Position numbers and translations under genes: made by a program
Source of the DNA: a virus
Length of the DNA stretch: 61,308 nt
Direction: 5' to 3' (one strand)
IMG/VR virus record: IMGVR_UViG_3300010383_000012
Notes under the pieces: generated by a model
The model's input: the letters and a program-made list of their open reading frames with translations, nothing else
Database searches by the model: none
Told to the model about the DNA's origin: nothing
Part shown: piece after piece, positions 1 through 6,414 of the stretch
Position numbering within the stretch: the first letter of the stretch is position 1
How the letters are laid out: each line of letters starts with the position of its first letter

Positions 1-55
1 AGAACTCGTCGTGCGCGGCGTTCCATTGCAACGGCTTGCGCCAGTTCGCCGGCGA
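1..55. repeat. Terminal overlap, identical to 61254..61308 (circular-contig closure)
   Basis: agaactcgtcgtgcgcggcgttccattgcaacggcttgcgccagttcgccggcga occurs at both ends, and a coding frame runs through the junction. Confidence 0.9.
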
Positions 56-223
56 GGTTCGGCGACGCGGCGCGCTTGGCCCCCAGTTGATCGCGGTGCC
101 GCCTGCGAAGCGCGCGTTGCGTGCCTCGGCGTAGCAGTGATCGCAACCGGGCCCAACCTTCTGGCAACCTTCCCACGGATTAAACGTGTGGTCGGTCCAT
201 TCGATTTTGCTGTTTTCGCTCAT
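1..223 (-). CDS. Gp37/Gp68-family (DUF5131) protein, 5' portion; continues at 61253..60391 across the junction (361 aa in total)
   Basis: ATG at 223-221. Translation MSENSKIEWTDHTFNPWEGCQKVGPGCDHCYAEARNARFAGG... joins in frame to ...QWNAAHDEFF of ORF 60391..61284. IEWTD..NPW.GC...GC..CYA is the family N-terminal signature. Confidence 0.8.
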   Translation of the reverse strand, partial: MSENSKIEWTDHTFNPWEGCQKVGPGCDHCYAEARNARFAGGTAINWGPSAPRRRTSPANWRKPLQWNAAHDEF

Positions 224-519
224 CGTTTTCCGCCCCTGCAGAAAATCCAAGTGACGTAATGCCCGGGGCGGCCGTCCGTCGACACGTTCGGAGACTCAGC
301 GCACACCACCTGAACCATCACCAGCTTCTGCGGGATGTTCGGCGGTGAGATGGTCCACAGCGAATAGTCTTCGCTGACCTCGCCATATTGCGCCTCGCCT
401 GGCGGCGCGTTCAAATACTCGAAAGGCGCTATCTGAACCGCTGTCTGAGCGTCGCTGACCAGCGGGCAAAGAGCCGCGACGGCTATGAGGAGGCGCCTAA
501 GAACCTGGATGGCAGTCAT
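220..519 (-). CDS. Small secreted hypothetical protein (N-terminal signal peptide)
   Basis: 99-aa ORF with hydrophobic N-terminus RRLLIAVAALCPLVSDAQ. ATGA overlaps with both neighbouring genes suggest translational coupling. Confidence 0.5.
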   Translation of the reverse strand: MTAIQVLRRLLIAVAALCPLVSDAQTAVQIAPFEYLNAPPGEAQYGEVSEDYSLWTISPPNIPQKLVMVQVVCAESPNVSTDGRPGHYVTWIFCRGGKR

Positions 520-1556
520 TGAGAGTCCTTTGCGCGAGCAGAGATCGCATCATGGATAGCTCGTAAATCGTCGTCAGACGGTTCTCGCATTAGCAGCAGC
601 ATCAGCGCGCAGGGGTTATCCGCGATTCGGCTAACGCCGTGAACGCGCGGCAGTGTCACCGCCTCGTCTGCTTGCTCGCTGGCGCGCGGAAGGTCATGAA
701 TCGCCTGCGTCCACCGCCGAACGAAGCTCTGCTCGACTTCAGGATCGGCGGCCATTGGCAGCGGCGAGTGCTTCGGCTTTGCCGCCTGCTTGGTGCGGAT
801 CTTCGCGACCGTCTCAGGCACGCTGATGCGCGCGAGCTCGGCCTCGCCGGCCGCGTGCATGTCCAGTCCGTTTGCAAGGCACAGCGCAGCGAGCGTCACC
901 ATCACGCCGCCCACCTCTTGGAACCTCTCACCTGTCGGCCGGGACCACGTGTAATCGACCAGCGCGTGCGCTTCCTCGCGGGTCATGCCGCATGCCTGCA
1001 CCAGCTCACCGGCTTCTTCGAAGAAGCGGTGATTGCGCTCCAACGTGTCCGCGGCGATCTCAGCGCCGAAGCACTCGAGCATCCACGGTTGGACTCGCGC
1101 TTGAAACGGAGCCCGTGAAACAGCCGATTGCTCAGCCAGTACGTCGCGAACCGCCGCAACGAAGTTTTTCACCGCATCGGGCTTGTGGCCTTCGCGGAAG
1201 TGGCGCCTGCCGATAGACACAATCCGCTCATCCGTCAAACCTGACTGCGGTGCCGCCGCGCGGCGGTAAAGCGGCGTCCAGAAGCTGCGGCGCGTGTCAC
1301 ACATGCGCGAGTCGCTATCCATGATCGGTCCTTCGAACCCGCCGTCGCTGCGATACCGAACCCACGCCACCGGTTTCGCCTCTTCAGTCGCCTCAGCGCT
1401 GGCGGTGTCGTGGGCTCGGAACTTGGCGGCGACGCGCAATGCCTCGTCGACTTTTTCCTGAGAGACCAGGCCGCCTGCGACGAGCATGCGCAGTGCAAAC
1501 GCTTCGCTCGACTCAGGCTTCAGATCGCTCTGCACGCTGGGTGTATTGGAGGTCAT
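516..1556 (-). CDS. Hypothetical protein with a MazG-like / dATP-dGTP pyrophosphohydrolase-like central domain
   Basis: 346 aa. The segment ERNHRFFEEAGELVQACGMTREEAHALVDYTWSRPTGERFQEVGGVMVTLAALCLANGLD resembles the EExxE...E/D helical MazG core. AAAGGA lies upstream of the ATG. Confidence 0.45.
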   Translation of the reverse strand: MTSNTPSVQSDLKPESSEAFALRMLVAGGLVSQEKVDEALRVAAKFRAHDTASAEATEEAKPVAWVRYRSDGGFEGPIMDSDSRMCDTRRSFWTPLYRRAAAPQSGLTDERIVSIGRRHFREGHKPDAVKNFVAAVRDVLAEQSAVSRAPFQARVQPWMLECFGAEIAADTLERNHRFFEEAGELVQACGMTREEAHALVDYTWSRPTGERFQEVGGVMVTLAALCLANGLDMHAAGEAELARISVPETVAKIRTKQAAKPKHSPLPMAADPEVEQSFVRRWTQAIHDLPRASEQADEAVTLPRVHGVSRIADNPCALMLLLMREPSDDDLRAIHDAISARAKDSQ

Positions 1557-1565
1557 GTCTGTCCT

Positions 1566-3509
1566 TTAGGCGGCGACGCCTGCCATCTGCTTTTCGTGAG
1601 TGAAATTCGCCCGGATCAGAGCGTCGGCCACATCCGGGCAAACGCTGTTACCGATCATGCGAACCTGCGAGGATTTCGAAAGCGGCTTGCCCTTGTGCAG
1701 CGGGTCCAGCACGTAGGAGTCCGGGAAGCCCTGCGCACGCGCGAGCTCGCGCGGCGTCAGCATGCGCATGCCGATGTCGACGATTACATAGTCCTCGCCT
1801 TGGATCGTCACCAGCCCGAAGCGGTCATGCGTCGGGATCGTGCCGAGCGGCATCCGCAGGCTCTGGCCGTCCTTGTCGTTGCCGTAGTACTTGATCAGAA
1901 ACGCCCGCACTTCGCCGACATGGCCGCCGCCGGCCGTAAGGGTCGGGATGGGCTCGCGCACGTCTTGGCCGAACTGGTTGTTGCGCAGCTTGAGCAGGGG
2001 CGATGTCACCACCGCTGTATCGGCCTTCGCCGTAACCGTTGCGGCTGGTTCGCTTACGTCGCGCGGCCGGGATTGTCCCGCGCGTCCGCCGCAGCCGACG
2101 AGCTGCGCAGTAACGATCGAGTGATGGTCGCTAGTTGTCACGGTGCCGGTCGGCACGTCTACGCCAGTTCCGACGACGCCGCCGTAGTGCTTCGCGAGAA
2201 ACGCGGAGACCACGGCGTGTTTGACCCCGCCGGCGACCGCAGTGCCGAGCGGCTTATCCAGTCCGGGCACGCGCGGCTCCTGCCCTTGGCGCTCGCCATA
2301 GCCGGTCTGGATGATCGTCGCGGATACGACTCCGAACTTGCTCCCTTGCGTCGTCACTGTATGCAACGGCGCGTCGACCTGTTGGCACGGTGTATCACCG
2401 AAGTTTTGCTTCACGATCGTTGCGGCGACGATCGCCTGCTCACCGCGGTGAGCGCCGGTCACAGTCGCGAGTGGCGCGTCGATGGCCGCCGCGCGATCGC
2501 TGCCGTGGTGCGTGACGTGCATCAAAGTCGGCGCGACGATGCCGAAGCGCGGCGCGCCAGCCATCACCGTGTGAAGAGGTTCGTCCGCAGCCTGTCCAGT
2601 ACTGTTCTCCGAAAACTTCACGATGAACGGATCTGCGCTGTTCACGACGAACTTCATGATGCCCTTGGCGATCCGCCGCAGCGTAGCGTCTTTCAGCGGC
2701 CGCGCGCGCTCGAAGATCGACGGGCACGGGATCGACCAGTCGATGCATTCGGCGGCGGTACGCCATGGCAGAAGCTTGCCGCTGCGTACCGCCTCGCTCT
2801 TCGGGTCGGCGTGCGTTGGCTGCGGCCAGACGATAGGTAGCCCGTCGCGACGCGCGAAGAAATACAGACGCTTGCGGATTGTCGGCGCGCCGAAGTCGCA
2901 CGCACGCAGCACACGCCAATCGGCCCGATAGCCGAGGCCCGCATAAAGTCGCTCCATAGGGAAATCAGCGCCGAGCGTCTCGAAGATTTCCTCTTCGTCG
3001 GGATGGCCCGGCTGCAGGCCGGTAGTGAGCGCCGCGATGAACGCGCGGAACGTGCGCCCCTTTTCAGCCTTTATCGGATGGCCGTCACCGTCGAGCGGCC
3101 CCCAGTCCAAAAATTCTTCGACATTCTCCAGCGCAATTGCACGCGGTGCCTGAAACGTCGCCCATTTCAACGTGATCCATGCGAGCCCGCGGATCTTCTG
3201 CTCGCGAGGCTTACCGCCTTTCGCCTTGCTGTGATGCTTGCAGTCGGGGCTGAACCACGCGAGCCCGATCGGCTGCTGCCCAGTCACGAATCCTGGATGG
3301 ACTGCGAACACATCCTCGGTATAGTGCGCGGTGGTCGGATGGTTGGCCGCGTGCATCGCGAGCGCCTCACCATCGTGGTTGATCGCAATATCGATGGCGC
3401 GCCCGAATGCGCGCTCAATGCCCGTGCTCGCGCCACCGCCGCCGGCGAAGTTGTCGACAATGAGTTCGCGGCCAAGGTCGAGCGGCAATGAGATCAGGTC
3501 ACGTTTCAT
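1566..3509 (-). CDS. dcm: DNA (cytosine-5)-methyltransferase with an expanded repeat-containing variable region
   Basis: 647 aa. Motif I is DNFAGGGGAS, motif IV is FSPDCKHHS, motif VI is ENVEEF, motif IX is LTPRELARAQGFPDSY and motif X is IGNSVCP. The start codon overlaps the RT stop (ATGA at 3506-3509). Confidence 0.9.
   Translation of the reverse strand: MKRDLISLPLDLGRELIVDNFAGGGGASTGIERAFGRAIDIAINHDGEALAMHAANHPTTAHYTEDVFAVHPGFVTGQQPIGLAWFSPDCKHHSKAKGGKPREQKIRGLAWITLKWATFQAPRAIALENVEEFLDWGPLDGDGHPIKAEKGRTFRAFIAALTTGLQPGHPDEEEIFETLGADFPMERLYAGLGYRADWRVLRACDFGAPTIRKRLYFFARRDGLPIVWPQPTHADPKSEAVRSGKLLPWRTAAECIDWSIPCPSIFERARPLKDATLRRIAKGIMKFVVNSADPFIVKFSENSTGQAADEPLHTVMAGAPRFGIVAPTLMHVTHHGSDRAAAIDAPLATVTGAHRGEQAIVAATIVKQNFGDTPCQQVDAPLHTVTTQGSKFGVVSATIIQTGYGERQGQEPRVPGLDKPLGTAVAGGVKHAVVSAFLAKHYGGVVGTGVDVPTGTVTTSDHHSIVTAQLVGCGGRAGQSRPRDVSEPAATVTAKADTAVVTSPLLKLRNNQFGQDVREPIPTLTAGGGHVGEVRAFLIKYYGNDKDGQSLRMPLGTIPTHDRFGLVTIQGEDYVIVDIGMRMLTPRELARAQGFPDSYVLDPLHKGKPLSKSSQVRMIGNSVCPDVADALIRANFTHEKQMAGVAA
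1785..2585 (-). repeat. About 8 tandem, roughly 33-aa degenerate coding repeats (TRD-like modules) inside the C5-MTase
   Basis: Repeated pattern [DE]xP(L)xT(V)T....(V)V...(L)....G. Examples: DEPLHTVMAGAPRFGIVAPTLM, DAPLATVTGAHRGEQAIVAATIV, DAPLHTVTTQGSKFGVVSATII, DKPLGTAVAGGVKHAVVSAFLA, DVPTGTVTTSDHHSIVTAQLV, SEPAATVTAKADTAVVTSPLL, REPIPTLTAGGGHVGEVRAFLI, RMPLGTIPTHDRFGLVTIQGE. Confidence 0.7.
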
Positions 3510-4711
3510 GCGTGCGTACCCTTATATGTTTTTGTTAGTGAACGGTCCACGGCGTGTCCGCGATCGCGAACCACGTTCGCCAACCGCGCGCGGTCGTGGT
3601 GACTGGACGGTGCCTGCCGCAGCAGACCGAAATAGCTATTCGCGAGCACATGCATGTCATCGGCCGGCGCGGCCGCGACGCGCTGCAAACCTTCTGAGGC
3701 AGTGCGGCGCCGCGTCGAGCGGCTCCACGGCTTGATCACCTGCCCGACGAAATCGACGCCGCGCGCGACCGGTTGCATGATGGTCTTGCGAGGATTCAGC
3801 CGCACGCCGAGCGCCGACGGCAGGAACGCGTCGATGTCGCGCAGCACGGCGTTCAGCCAGTCGGTGGACTCGTGCAGGAAGAGGAAGTCGTCCACATACC
3901 GGATGTAGTGCCGCGCGCCGATGACGTGCTTCGCGCGCTGGTCGAGCACGTCGAGGTAGACGTTGGCGAAGAACTGCGACGAGAGGTTGCCAATCGGCAG
4001 CCCAAGGTGCGCAGGTTGATTCATGAGGCGCTTGTGCGGCGGCACCAGCGCCATCAGCGATCGGTCTCCGCGCAGGTCGAAGTCCTCGCGCGGATCGTGG
4101 AACAGGACCGTCTCGGTCAGATCCATCCACCACGGCTCGCCGACCTTGCCCGCGAGCAGCTCGCGCAGAATCCGTTTGTCGATGCTGACGAAGAAATTCG
4201 CCAGATCGCACTTCAGGTAGTGCGCCGGACGACTCCAGTTTTGCGTGATGCTCCGGATCTTCGATTCAAGGCGTTGCGCCGCGTAGAGCGTTCCGCGTCC
4301 GACGATGCAAGCGCAACTGTCGGCGATGAACGAGCGCTCGAACCTTGGACCGATACGGTTGTAAAGCAGGTGATGCACGACGCGATCGCGGAAGTCAGCC
4401 GCCCACACCTCGCGCGGCTTCGGTCGCGTGACCACGAAACAGATCGACCGTCCCGGCGCGTAGCTTCCGTCCGTCAGTTCGTCGTAAAGGTGGCGAAGGT
4501 TACGCTCGAGGTTGGCCTCAAACGTCAGCGCGCTCGCGCTGTTGCGCTTCGTGCGCCGGCAGTCGAGGTACGCCTCGACGAGTTCGGTGAAGGTGAAATC
4601 AGCCTGCGCGTTCCAATCTGCGGACGGCACGCGCGCGGAGCGCGTTGGTCTTGTGGTTGTTGTTCTGGTTACCGTTGTTGAAGTTCTGATACCAGGCCCA
4701 ACCGCATCCAT
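3506..4711 (-). CDS. DGR reverse transcriptase (start uncertain: ATG 4711 reads through the TR; GTG 4630 is an alternative)
   Basis: RT motifs RPKPREVWAADFRDRVVHHLLY, the DGR-clade signature LPIGNLSSQFFANVYL and the catalytic RYVDDFLF. The ORF track extends to 4987, but that part overlaps avd and the TR. Confidence 0.9.
   Translation of the reverse strand: MDAVGPGIRTSTTVTRTTTTRPTRSARVPSADWNAQADFTFTELVEAYLDCRRTKRNSASALTFEANLERNLRHLYDELTDGSYAPGRSICFVVTRPKPREVWAADFRDRVVHHLLYNRIGPRFERSFIADSCACIVGRGTLYAAQRLESKIRSITQNWSRPAHYLKCDLANFFVSIDKRILRELLAGKVGEPWWMDLTETVLFHDPREDFDLRGDRSLMALVPPHKRLMNQPAHLGLPIGNLSSQFFANVYLDVLDQRAKHVIGARHYIRYVDDFLFLHESTDWLNAVLRDIDAFLPSALGVRLNPRKTIMQPVARGVDFVGQVIKPWSRSTRRRTASEGLQRVAAAPADDMHVLANSYFGLLRQAPSSHHDRARLANVVRDRGHAVDRSLTKTYKGTHA
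4615..4704 (-). repeat. DGR template repeat (TR), 90 nt
   Basis: The coding strand reads GGT TGG GCC TGG TAT CAG AAC TTC AAC AAC GGT AAC CAG AAC AAC AAC CAC AAG ACC AAC GCG CTC CGC GCG CGT GCC GTC CGC AGA TT, with 8 AAC codons. It is identical to both VRs except at adenines. Confidence 0.92.
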
Positions 4712-4847
4712 CGTGCTATCTACGTCGTCCGGCCGATCGCTCAGCGGGAAAACTGCGCCGGACCGTTCCGCACTCCGGCGGATGGTTTCCGTGGTGCGCA
4801 TGGCGGTGGCCTCGTGAGCCAGCGGCACGACCAGATTGAAAGATCGC

Positions 4848-5222
4848 TCAGTCATGGTGGCCTTGACCTCCATGAAGCGGGCGAATTGCGGCGCGACGCC
4901 ATCCAGTTGCCTGCTTGCCGATGCTCGTCGTGAGCTCGACCGCTTTGGCATAGCCGCCGCGAGAGATGAGGCGCTTGTCCATCGCAAGCCGGACCAGCAG
5001 CTCGATCACCTGAATACGCTCGAGCAATTCCGTCAAATGCACGGACTTGTCCTGTGCGACGTTCGCGCGGAACACGAGCACCGTTATTTCGATGCACTCG
5101 GCGCTGATCTTCTCGCCGATCGAACGCTTGAAATCGCGCTGCATGTTCTTGACGAGGTCGGTGACAGCGTCGAGAAGATCGTAGGCGACTTTGTAGATCG
5201 GCAGCTGTGTGTGGATGGCCAT
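4848..5222 (-). CDS. avd: DGR accessory variability determinant (Avd-like four-helix-bundle protein)
   Basis: 124 aa, basic and helical (LPIYKVAYDLLDAVTDLVKNM...ISAECIEITVLVFRAN...ERIQVIELLVRLAMDKRLIS). It sits between the target gene and the TR, as in canonical DGRs. Confidence 0.8.
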   Translation of the reverse strand: MAIHTQLPIYKVAYDLLDAVTDLVKNMQRDFKRSIGEKISAECIEITVLVFRANVAQDKSVHLTELLERIQVIELLVRLAMDKRLISRGGYAKAVELTTSIGKQATGWRRAAIRPLHGGQGHHD

Positions 5223-5239
5223 GCTGAGAAAGGACTAAA

Positions 5240-5698
5240 TTACTGAAGCACTAATCTGCGGACGGCACGCGCGCGGAGCGCGTAGGTCTTGAGGCCGTTG
5301 GTCTGGTGACCGCTGACGAAGCCCTGATACCAGGCCCAACCGGTCTCCTTCTCGTGCTGCTGGCACGACCAGTAGTAAGAGGACTGGAACTCGCCTTTCA
5401 GGTTGGCGAACAGCAGCGATTGCTCGCGCCGAGTCGGCAGCACACCGCCTTGCTCGCACGCCCACTTGACGGCCGCATGCCAGTCAACGCTTTCTGCCTC
5501 ACCGGGCAGCAGGATCAGGTGATGGCCAGCTTCGCCGTTCTCGCCGAGCACCAGACCTGCGTAGCGCTCGCCCGGCGCGAGGGTGATCGTCTGCGCATTC
5601 ACCACATACTCTGTCGTGGCGGCCTGCCTTTCGAACGCGGCGATCATTTCGCCGACCTTCGTGTGCTCGGCCTTGATGGCCTCAAGCGTGATCGTCAT
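5240..5698 (-). CDS. DGR variable protein 1 (DUF1566 / C-type-lectin-fold-like, 152 aa)
   Basis: Start MTITLEAIKAEH with GGAG upstream. Contains GGVLPTRREQSLLFANLKGEFQSSYYWSCQQ...GWAWYQGFVSGHQTNGLKTYALRARAVRRL. The VR covers the last roughly 30 codons. No signal peptide or TM segment is visible. Confidence 0.85.
   Translation of the reverse strand: MTITLEAIKAEHTKVGEMIAAFERQAATTEYVVNAQTITLAPGERYAGLVLGENGEAGHHLILLPGEAESVDWHAAVKWACEQGGVLPTRREQSLLFANLKGEFQSSYYWSCQQHEKETGWAWYQGFVSGHQTNGLKTYALRARAVRRLVLQ
5253..5342 (-). repeat. DGR variable repeat 1 (VR1)
   Basis: The 90-nt ungapped alignment to the TR has 11 mismatches, and every one falls where the TR coding strand has A. Confidence 0.92.
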
Positions 5699-5727
5699 TG
5701 CGAACGCTCCAGAAAATGGATGAATGA

Positions 5728-6087
5728 TTAAATGGACAATCTGCGGACGGCACGCGCGCGGAGCGCGTCGGTCTTGTGGTTGTCGTGCTGGCCACCGTAG
5801 CCGAAGTACTGACACCAGGCCCAACCGCTGTCGTCGGTATCCTCCTGATTGCTCCAGTACGCGGCCTCCTTGAACTGGTCGCGGCAGTTGGCAAACAGCA
5901 TTGCCTGCTCGACGCGCGTCGGCAGATCGCCGCCGATGCTCTTCGCCCATGCGAGCTGCTCGGACCACGACGCGCGCTCGTTGTCGCCCGGCAGCAGTAC
6001 GATGTGCTGCACGTCGCCGTTCTTGTCGCCGATCGCGCCCACATAAACTTCGCCTTCGGACAGCGGTGGAATCTGAAGTTGCTGCAT
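5728..6087 (-). CDS. DGR variable protein 2 (DUF1566 / C-type-lectin-fold-like, 119 aa)
   Basis: Start MQQLQIPPLSEG with GAGGAAA upstream. Contains GGDLPTRVEQAMLFANCRDQFKEAAYWSNQ...GWAWCQYFGYGGQHDNHKTDALRARAVRRL. It is a paralogue of variable protein 1, and the VR lies at its 3' end. Confidence 0.85.
   Translation of the reverse strand: MQQLQIPPLSEGEVYVGAIGDKNGDVQHIVLLPGDNERASWSEQLAWAKSIGGDLPTRVEQAMLFANCRDQFKEAAYWSNQEDTDDSGWAWCQYFGYGGQHDNHKTDALRARAVRRLSI
5738..5827 (-). repeat. DGR variable repeat 2 (VR2)
   Basis: The 90-nt ungapped alignment to the TR has 10 mismatches, all at TR adenines. The substitution pattern differs from VR1. Confidence 0.92.
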
Positions 6088-6099
6088 TCTGGTTTCCTC

Positions 6100-6130
6100 A
6101 AAAAATCGGGCGCTATGCGAGCCGCCCTTC
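6100..6130 (-). terminator. Intrinsic terminator/attenuator hairpin directly upstream of DGR target 2
   Basis: Minus strand: GGGCG-loop-CGCCC followed by a T6 run. It is a near copy of the hairpin at 6176..6204. Confidence 0.55.
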
Positions 6131-6175
6131 AAAACCAGCGCCTTGGACGGGACGCTGGGCGGGGGTAAATCGGTC

Positions 6176-6204
6176 AAAAAGCGGGCGCCGAACTGGCCGC
6201 CCTT
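6176..6204 (-). terminator. Intrinsic terminator/attenuator hairpin (first of a tandem pair)
   Basis: Minus strand: AAGGGCGGCCAGTTCGGCGCCCGCTTTTT. Confidence 0.55.
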
Positions 6205-6225
6205 AAAACACACGACGCGCTGATG

Positions 6226-6414
6226 TCAGCGTGCCGTACAGCCCAGTTGAGCAGCCAGCGCGCGGATGCGCTGGACAACGCGATCAGGGAGCGCGATCGC
6301 CTGGCCGCCGTGCAGCGCCGCGAACGCGGGCCGCAGGATCTCGCGGTCAGTCGGAGGGATGTCCGCGTGCTCGAGCCGCTTCAGCGCTTCGAATAGCGGT
6401 TCGTTCGTGGTCAT
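6226..6414 (-). CDS. Hypothetical protein (62 aa)
   Basis: ATG at 6414 overlaps the upstream stop (ATGA). The ORF track start at 6426 is an alternative. Confidence 0.45.
   Translation of the reverse strand: MTTNEPLFEALKRLEHADIPPTDREILRPAFAALHGGQAIALPDRVVQRIRALAAQLGCTAR

Larger units (their letters stand above)
3506..6087 (-). mobile_element. Diversity-generating retroelement cassette: target2, target1, avd, TR, RT
   Basis: Canonical DGR order on the minus strand. One TR has two cognate VRs with adenine-only mismatches. See the component features. Confidence 0.92.

Noticed and set aside
1-55. Terminal 55-bp direct repeat as a biological DTR, cos site or LTR
   Set aside because: The exact k-mer-sized overlap lies inside a coding sequence, which fits assembler circularisation better than phage termini. 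The true ends cannot be located from sequence alone.
1410-2840. 476-aa plus-strand ORF
   Set aside because: It lies antisense to the well-supported C5-MTase. It is Arg/Ala/Asp-rich with no motifs and is a typical high-GC shadow ORF.
3773-4681. 302-aa plus-strand ORF
   Set aside because: It lies antisense to the DGR RT, has no RBS or motifs, and has shadow-ORF composition.
3506-4711. RT as a retron, group II intron or Abi-type RT
   Set aside because: No msr/msd-like inverted repeats lie next to it, and there is no maturase/endonuclease domain or intron domain V. Instead it has an Avd gene, a TR and A-mutated VRs, plus the IGNLSSQ signature.
4712-4987. N-terminal extension of the RT ORF (track start 4987)
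   Set aside because: It overlaps the 3' end of avd and the avd-TR spacer. The RT homology only begins after the TR, so the extension is probably untranslated DGR RNA.
5699-5968. Upstream extension of the target-1 ORF (242-aa version), and similarly 6088-6213 for target 2
   Set aside because: The extensions run through VR2 or the terminator hairpins in another frame. The internal ATGs at 5698 and 6087 have good RBSs and yield paralogous proteins.
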